Shown here one piece after another: positions 58,039 to 64,000 of a stretch of 64,000 nucleotides of DNA. A program made the position numbers and the translations under genes. Origin of the DNA: Planctomycetota bacterium (lineage in GTDB: Bacteria > Planctomycetota > UBA1135 > UBA2386); assembly GCA_965228735.1 (NCBI GenBank), contig OZ245838.1, forward strand, positions 576,001 to 640,000. The letters run 5' to 3'. Each line of letters opens with the position of its first letter. The first letter of the stretch is position 1. The notes under the pieces were generated by a model. It was given only the letters and a program-made list of their open reading frames with translations, did no database searches and was not told the origin of the DNA.

Positions 58039-60720
58039 ATGCTCGTCTCCATGTCATCGGGATCCGGCAACCTCGTGTCCTACCACAGGCAGGACATCGA
58101 GCGCGAAGGTGACGAACTTCGCTTTCTGCGCTACCTGCTGCAGGACGGTGCGGTCCCCGTCTTTGGGGGTGTGGGGGCAGACGAACTGGATCTGCTTGGT
58201 GAGAAGGTCACGTTGCAGAGGTTCTCGGACATGAGTAGGGCGATTGGCCCTCAAGCCGAGCAGTTGCGTCAGAACTACGGGGACGACAGTGATGCGGCTT
58301 GGGACATGACCATCAGCGTCCCGAAGAGCGTCAGCGTCGTTGCTCTGCTCGGTAGCGACGACGTGCGCCGAACTGTGCAGGGGGCGGTGAACGAGACGGT
58401 TGACTCACTGGTCCGACACATCGAAGACCACGTGGTGAAGGCGCGGAGAGGAAAGGGTGGGATGCGCTCCGAACAGGTTGCCGGACTCGTGGTCGTGAAG
58501 TTCTGGCACATCGAGTCTCGCCACGGGGATCCGCAGCTGCATTGCCACGTTGTGATCTTCAATGCCGGCCTGAGACAGGACGGTACCTGGGGTTCCTTGC
58601 AGAGCCGTTCGCTATACGAGGCGAAGATGGCTTTGGGCGCGATGGCGACGTCCGAGTTGGCCTCGCGGCTCCGGGCCGAAGGGCTCGCGGTCCGCAAGAC
58701 GAAAGACGGTTTCGAGCTCTGCGGGATTCCAGAAGAGGTCCTCAAGGAGTTCTCGAAGGCGCGGGCGAAGCTCCTGCAGAAGGCGGGGCAGTTGGGATAC
58801 GAGTCGGCGAAGGCCCGCGAGGCGATCCAGCTACGGATCCGGCCGAGCAAGATCGAGCGTTCCTTCGACGATCTGGTCGGCGAGTGGCGGGCGACAGCGT
58901 CGCGGTATGGCGTGACGAAGCAGAGCATCAGCAGGCTGTTCGGATGGCGGGCGAAGGGAAACCTGGACCGCAGCCGGACAAATGCGCGGCGAGCTGCCAG
59001 CCGGGCGGTCGGTCAGGTCGCCGCGCAACATTCCTCCTTCCGCGAGACCGACGTTCAGAGGGTCGCCGCATATGCATGCCGAGGTGGTCATGCGCGGATC
59101 GGCGATGTCGTACGGGCGGTGGATCACGTGTTGCAGAACGATGAGCGGGTTCACAGGCTGGGCGAGCGACGCGGCAGCGTGCTCTACACCACTCGCGAGA
59201 ACTACGGGGTGGAGGTGGACGCCCTGGCGAATGCCGAGGCAATGCACAAGGCGGCGGGGCACCGCGTTCGCGAAGAGCAGCTCGACAAGGTGGCTCGGCG
59301 TCTCGGGCTGGATCGGGAGCAGCGAGTAGCGTTGAAGCACCTCGCTGGGACGAAGGGCGCTATCAAGGTCCTCAAGGGGGCGGCCGGGACCGGCAAGACG
59401 CGGCTGCTTGCCGCGCTGGTGGCGGCGGCAGATGCGGAGGGGCGACGCGTGATCGGGCTTGCTCCGACAGGTGTGGCGCGCGAGGAGCTGGCGGCCGGAG
59501 CGCGGATCGAGAGCACGTTCACCGTGGACCGGTTCGAGCGCCTGTCGCATTCGGTGCCGGCAAGAGCGCTGCGCCATCACGTGCGCATGCTCCTGCGGGT
59601 TTTGGTCAACCCGAGGAGTATGACCTGGAACCCGTCGCACATGCAGGTTCGGAAGGGCGACTACATCGTCGTCGATGAGGCTGCGATGGTGGGATTCCGC
59701 AAGCTGGCCAAGGTGATCGATAGGGCCAAGCAAGCGGGGGCGAAGGTCATCCTGTGTGGTGACGAGCGCCAGCTTGGTCCTGTGCTTTCAGGCGCCTCTC
59801 TGTTCTCAAGGCTCGCGGATCTGGTCGGCCACATCGAGCTCAAGAAGAACTGGAGGCAGCGGGAGCAACCGTGGATGCAGGCTCTCAGCGGTCACGTCCG
59901 CAGTCGCGAGGCCGACGAGGCGCTTCGCCTGCTCGCAGAACACGACAGACTCCACGTCTGCGGTGGGGAGGAGAGTCCGATCAACGCCTGTGTCGATCGC
60001 TACATGTCCTATGGGGCCGGTCAGAGGCGAGACACGCTGATCATCGCATCGACGCGCTCGCAAGTTACTCGGCTGAACGAGCAGGTGCAGAAGGCCCGAA
60101 TCGAGCGTGGCGAGCGGGTCGGTGCGCCCGTGGAACTCGGTGAGCGCGGCACCAAGCTGTATCGGGGCGCTGGAGCTTCTCCGTTGTGCTTCCACCTCGG
60201 TGACCGCGTCGTGCTGCGCCGCAACTCGTTCCGAGTTGACGTCACTGCGTTCGGTGGGCGGGGGCGCTTGTGGGCAAAGAAGCCCGGTGGCGTAGTGAAC
60301 GGAGACTTCGGAGAGGTCGTTGCTGCGAGCGGTCGTCATCTGCGCGTGCGTCTTGATCGAGAGGGGCGCAACGGGGCCGAACTGTTTGCCGACGTCGATC
60401 TGCGCGTGTATCCGCACGTCGAGCTAGGATTCGCGGCAACGATCCACCGTGTCCAGGGCAAGACCGTGGATCGAGCACTCGTGCTAGCCGATCCGGGGAA
60501 TCTGGACGCAGAACTCAGCTACGTGGCGCTGACCAGGCAGGCGCACGACCTCCATGTCTACACGCACGAGATCGCGGTTGGAGAGGGGCTCGCCGAGTTG
60601 TCCCGCAGCATGCAGCGTAGTCGGAGGGAGGAGCTTGCGACGACGATCCAGGACCAGCTGCAGCTGGAAGATCAGGCGTGGCGTCAGTCCCAGTCGCCGG
60701 GATTGGGGGTGAGGCTGTGA
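58039..60720 (+). CDS. MOBF (TrwC/TraI-like) relaxase-helicase
   Basis: WDMTISVPKSVS, HIESRHGDPQLHCH (HUH), EFSKAR; RecD-like GAAGTGKT, VDEA, GDERQL, TIHRVQG.T and YVALTR. Confidence 0.93.
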   Translation: MLVSMSSGSGNLVSYHRQDIEREGDELRFLRYLLQDGAVPVFGGVGADELDLLGEKVTLQRFSDMSRAIGPQAEQLRQNYGDDSDAAWDMTISVPKSVSVVALLGSDDVRRTVQGAVNETVDSLVRHIEDHVVKARRGKGGMRSEQVAGLVVVKFWHIESRHGDPQLHCHVVIFNAGLRQDGTWGSLQSRSLYEAKMALGAMATSELASRLRAEGLAVRKTKDGFELCGIPEEVLKEFSKARAKLLQKAGQLGYESAKAREAIQLRIRPSKIERSFDDLVGEWRATASRYGVTKQSISRLFGWRAKGNLDRSRTNARRAASRAVGQVAAQHSSFRETDVQRVAAYACRGGHARIGDVVRAVDHVLQNDERVHRLGERRGSVLYTTRENYGVEVDALANAEAMHKAAGHRVREEQLDKVARRLGLDREQRVALKHLAGTKGAIKVLKGAAGTGKTRLLAALVAAADAEGRRVIGLAPTGVAREELAAGARIESTFTVDRFERLSHSVPARALRHHVRMLLRVLVNPRSMTWNPSHMQVRKGDYIVVDEAAMVGFRKLAKVIDRAKQAGAKVILCGDERQLGPVLSGASLFSRLADLVGHIELKKNWRQREQPWMQALSGHVRSREADEALRLLAEHDRLHVCGGEESPINACVDRYMSYGAGQRRDTLIIASTRSQVTRLNEQVQKARIERGERVGAPVELGERGTKLYRGAGASPLCFHLGDRVVLRRNSFRVDVTAFGGRGRLWAKKPGGVVNGDFGEVVAASGRHLRVRLDREGRNGAELFADVDLRVYPHVELGFAATIHRVQGKTVDRALVLADPGNLDAELSYVALTRQAHDLHVYTHEIAVGEGLAELSRSMQRSRREELATTIQDQLQLEDQAWRQSQSPGLGVRL

Positions 60721-61367
60721 TGGATGCGCACCCGTTGGCCTACGAGCTCATCAGCATGAGGCTGGACCGCATCGCGAGGCGGGACCCGAGCCCCTGCGGC
60801 GTTGTGCTGCCAGACACGGTGGGGACGGGCGTCCGCTTGTTCGCCGAGTGTGCGGTGGTCCTGTTCCCGGCCTGGTTGGTGACTTGGTCGTGCCTGTCAT
60901 GGGGGAGGCTGGGGATCGTCAGCGGGGCAGGGCGAGCAGGAACGGTCCTCTACTACTGGCCGGAGATCCTCCTGATCCTCGGCGCGTTGCCGCCGTTGCT
61001 TCACGGGACGCTTTGTGCGCGAGACGGGCGAGAGATCGACCTTCGACGGAGGTTGTGGCACCACCTTCGCCCCTTCGTTCGTGTGCTGGTCGGCTACGCC
61101 CTGGCCGTGGCGGTGACGTTCCTGCTGGTCGATGCCGACCTGCGAGACATCAGAGATGGCTACTGGTCGACGCATGGTCTCGCACTGGCCGTCACGTTGC
61201 CGCTGCTCTTGGCCAGCTTCTACGCCCAGTTCGCCGTCACAGCGGAAGAGGTGACCCCGCTCTACGCGGGATACCGATGTCTTGGAGCGTCGCAGGTTGA
61301 AGAGGTTGCTCGCGCCGCTTGCGATGAACACATCCGGAGCTTCCGGGGCGAGGAGGATGATTCATGA
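60720..61367 (+). CDS. Multi-pass membrane protein
   Basis: About four hydrophobic segments; translationally coupled to both neighbours. Confidence 0.7.
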   Translation: MDAHPLAYELISMRLDRIARRDPSPCGVVLPDTVGTGVRLFAECAVVLFPAWLVTWSCLSWGRLGIVSGAGRAGTVLYYWPEILLILGALPPLLHGTLCARDGREIDLRRRLWHHLRPFVRVLVGYALAVAVTFLLVDADLRDIRDGYWSTHGLALAVTLPLLLASFYAQFAVTAEEVTPLYAGYRCLGASQVEEVARAACDEHIRSFRGEEDDS

Positions 61368-62872
61368 CCCCGACTCCGCATCCTATTGAGAGCGGGGAAC
61401 TGCTTTCGTTGTCGCAGATGGCTCGGACCTGTCCGGAGGCACTAAAACGTCTACGCCTGTCGGCGGCCTACCCTTTTGCGGGGAACATCCTTCCGGATGG
61501 TTGTCTGGCTCCGAACTTCATGTACTTCGGCCAGACCGGTTCGGGGAAGACGCTGGAGCTACGGATGTTGCTTCGGAACGTGCTGGGTGCGAGGCCGTGG
61601 GATGGTCGGGTGCGTCCTCGCTGTCGCATCGTAATCTTCGACGCGAAGGGCGAGGACCTAATGCCGAGCGTGCTTGGGTGGTGCCCGCCTGAGTACCTGA
61701 TCGACCTTCATGCCTACAGCGAGAGCGGAATCGCTCTGCATCTGGGCAAGAGCTGCGTGACGCCGGAAGACGGTCAGGAGCTCGCCCACATGATGATCGA
61801 GGACTCGAAGAAGTCGCATGACTTCTTCACCCCAGCAGCTCAACAGCTGCTCGAAGCAATCGTGCACACGCTACAGCTGCGCGGAGGCGATTGGTTTCTC
61901 TACGACCTTCTTATCGCGTGTGGGGATGAGTCCCTCCTGCGGCACGTCCTCCAGCTGCACCCTCGCGGCAAGAGCCTGCTTCGCGAGTATCTGAGGAAGG
62001 GCGTAGAGGCGAGTCAGAACATGCTGCAGACACTGAACGTCAAGCTGGGGCCATGGCGTCTCGCTAGTTTGCTCGAGCGGCGGGCAGAGCACTACATCAC
62101 GGTGGATGGATGGCTGAACTCGGGAGGGGTGATCGTCCTCAGGGGATCGTCAAGGAACTCCAAGACGATCGAGGCGTGGAATTCGTTTGTGTTCCGTCTT
62201 CTCGTCGCTCGGCTGCGCGATCGGGCTGAGAACTACCCCGTCGATGAGACGTTCCTCTTCGTCGACGAGACGCCGGAGTCGATTCTCGCCTCCTACCGAG
62301 AGGCGCTTCTCCTTGGGCGCATCAAGGGCGTTCGGACAGCGGCGACGATTCAGGACCCAGGCGGCCTGATCGCCCGTTTCGGCGGACGAGAGCAGGCCAG
62401 CGAGGCAGTCGGGCAGATCGGCAACCTCTGCGTTGGACGGCTTGCGTCACCTGATGCGGCTGAGTGGCTGTCGGGCTTCTTCGGAAAGCACGTGTTCTGG
62501 CAGGAGAAGCGAACCGACACGAAGTCGCCGCAAGGCCGGAGCACAACGATCGGTCACGAGTTGCGCGAGGATCACAACGTCTACCCCTACGAGTTTCAGG
62601 ACTTCCCGCAGGCCTCCCTTGGGAACGGTTACGAGGTCGTCGCGCGTGCTCCGATGGTTGGGGCGTGGCGCAAGAAGGTCGATGGCAAGTTCATCAAGCA
62701 GATGTTGGGCGAGCAGCCGCCCAACGAGAACGTGCGTCGTAGACGCAAGCTGACGAAGGAAGACATCGGCTACACCTGGGGTGCGGCGGACTATGCGCGC
62801 CTCAAGATCCCGCCGCCGTCGAGCGGCGGCGAGAAGAAGATGCGCGATGGAGGCGTTCGTCTGCCATGGTGA
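61364..62872 (+). CDS. Type IV coupling protein (TrwB/TraD-like NTP-binding domain)
   Basis: GQTGSGKT, IFDAKG, DFF..AAQ, LFVDE, GRIKG...TIQD, AEWLS. Confidence 0.88.
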   Translation: MTPTPHPIESGELLSLSQMARTCPEALKRLRLSAAYPFAGNILPDGCLAPNFMYFGQTGSGKTLELRMLLRNVLGARPWDGRVRPRCRIVIFDAKGEDLMPSVLGWCPPEYLIDLHAYSESGIALHLGKSCVTPEDGQELAHMMIEDSKKSHDFFTPAAQQLLEAIVHTLQLRGGDWFLYDLLIACGDESLLRHVLQLHPRGKSLLREYLRKGVEASQNMLQTLNVKLGPWRLASLLERRAEHYITVDGWLNSGGVIVLRGSSRNSKTIEAWNSFVFRLLVARLRDRAENYPVDETFLFVDETPESILASYREALLLGRIKGVRTAATIQDPGGLIARFGGREQASEAVGQIGNLCVGRLASPDAAEWLSGFFGKHVFWQEKRTDTKSPQGRSTTIGHELREDHNVYPYEFQDFPQASLGNGYEVVARAPMVGAWRKKVDGKFIKQMLGEQPPNENVRRRRKLTKEDIGYTWGAADYARLKIPPPSSGGEKKMRDGGVRLPW

Positions 62873-63702
62873 GGTTCCGCGTAGCGTGGCCAGATGGCTT
62901 GAGGTCCCGGGTCATCGGGGCGGTGGGGCTCTTCGGTCTGGGAGCCTGCGCAAGCCTCGGCGTCGCGGTCATGGCGTCCGAGGGGGCTGGGGTCGTGCCG
63001 GCCGCGATGGCGTCGTTGGTCGTTGGCGCATTGTCCATCCTGGCCTTCTGGGTCATCGACCTGGAGAGGCGGGCCAACGAGAGCCGCGAGCGAATGCAGG
63101 GCCTGGAGCACCAGGCGTTCGTGGCGGATGGGAGAGCGCTCGATGCTGTCGTGGATAAGCAGAAGATCGAGCAGGATCTGAGAGCGGAACGCACTCGTAA
63201 CGCCGAGCTGCACCGAGAGCTGAATGACCTGCGCGAGCGGCTGCGTCTTGCGGAGGCCGGTGCCGATCTGAAGTTCGTCGAGGATCTGCGTGATTCCCGA
63301 CGTGACATCGAGGCCGCCCGTGGGGACTTCCTCGAGTTCCTTGAGCACAGCTTCTTCCCTGTTGGCGAGCGATACGAGGCCTTCCTCGCTCGGTGTGAGC
63401 AGTGGGACGAGCGGGTGTCTCGCCTTCTGCAGTCGCTGGATGGCTCCCTGGCGACTCTTGGGATGGAAGACGGAGGCCCGGTGCTCAGGGTTGCGCTACC
63501 GGAGGACCCGGGGGAGACCTTTGGCTCGGAGGCAGGGCAGGGTGAGTCCAGGAAGGTCTGGCGGGATCTGGTGAAGCAGTTCCACAGCGACACCCGTCCG
63601 TCCTTTGACCTGGCGTGGTTGAACGACGCCTTCGATGCGATCTTCCTCTACGTCAACTCGCAGTGGGAGGCTCTTCAGGGGCAAGAAGGAGCGCGATCAT
63701 GA
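62866..63702 (+). CDS. Two-TM coiled-coil protein with a degenerate C-terminal J-like domain
   Basis: Two TM helices, coiled coil, RKVWRDLVKQFHSD...F..VNSQWEAL. Confidence 0.65.
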   Translation: MVRFRVAWPDGLRSRVIGAVGLFGLGACASLGVAVMASEGAGVVPAAMASLVVGALSILAFWVIDLERRANESRERMQGLEHQAFVADGRALDAVVDKQKIEQDLRAERTRNAELHRELNDLRERLRLAEAGADLKFVEDLRDSRRDIEAARGDFLEFLEHSFFPVGERYEAFLARCEQWDERVSRLLQSLDGSLATLGMEDGGPVLRVALPEDPGETFGSEAGQGESRKVWRDLVKQFHSDTRPSFDLAWLNDAFDAIFLYVNSQWEALQGQEGARS

Positions 63703-64000
63703 AGTTCCCGACGATCCGATCAACGAGGCGTGCGTTGACCAGCAGTTCCCTTCTCTCGCAGTCACGCGCGCTCCGAGTTGAGAGCGGGGTCGACGTGGCG
63801 GTCCTTGCGGACGCTACGGCATCGATGGAGCCCTTCATCGATGCGGTGAAGACGCGTTCGATGGAGCTTCTGCGACGCCTGGTAGCTCGTCACCAACATC
63901 TGCGGATGACCTTCGGCTTCTACCGAGACCACACGTGCCAGACGCCGTTCGCCTTCTTCGGTGATGGCGGTCCCACACGTGGCGAGTTCATCGGGGCGAG
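63699..64000 (+). CDS. vWA-domain protein (runs off the window)
   Basis: VDVAVLADATASMEPFIDAVK...FGFYRDH, MIDAS-like DxTxS; ATGA overlap. Confidence 0.75.
   Translation, partial: MKFPTIRSTRRALTSSSLLSQSRALRVESGVDVAVLADATASMEPFIDAVKTRSMELLRRLVARHQHLRMTFGFYRDHTCQTPFAFFGDGGPTRGEFIGA

Noticed and set aside
1..64000. selA/selB/selC/selD, tRNA, rRNA or integrase genes
   Set aside because: None recognised by eye. Sec machinery would have to be supplied from elsewhere in the host.

Overview
GC-rich 64-kb segment of a probable plasmid or integrative/mobilisable element (small-protein families suggest a Planctomycetota-like host; this is inference). It has three blocks. (1) ~1-30 kb is a heavy-metal island: a Czc-type RND operon with an ArsR repressor, a Cus-type RND operon, an NtrC-type sigma-54 two-component system, a multicopper oxidase, YHS-like Cys-motif proteins, a CorE-like Cys-rich ECF sigma factor, a P1B-type Cu ATPase and a DAACS transporter. 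(2) ~30-48 kb is a defence-like island: DUF4062 plus an HExxH peptidase, Hachiman hamAB, DUF5131, a radical SAM/ClpX-like pair, and an RloC-like AAA gene split by IS256. (3) ~48-64 kb is backbone: RadC, ParA plus partner, a Rep-like HTH gene with internal iterons, leading-region-type genes with hairpin repeats, RHH proteins, a MOBF relaxase and a coupling protein. The main finding is missed by the ORF track. Two genes encode exported heavy-metal-associated (HMA, MerP/CopZ-like) proteins in which the first Cys of the CxxC motif is an in-frame TGA (T-U-G-G-C), and each TGA is followed by a bacterial SECIS-like hairpin. One gene (7187-7822) has two tandem Sec-HMA domains; the other (28249-28551) is a lipoprotein behind a sigma-54 promoter. 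They point to a selenocysteine-based metal-capture module embedded in a mobile metal-resistance island.
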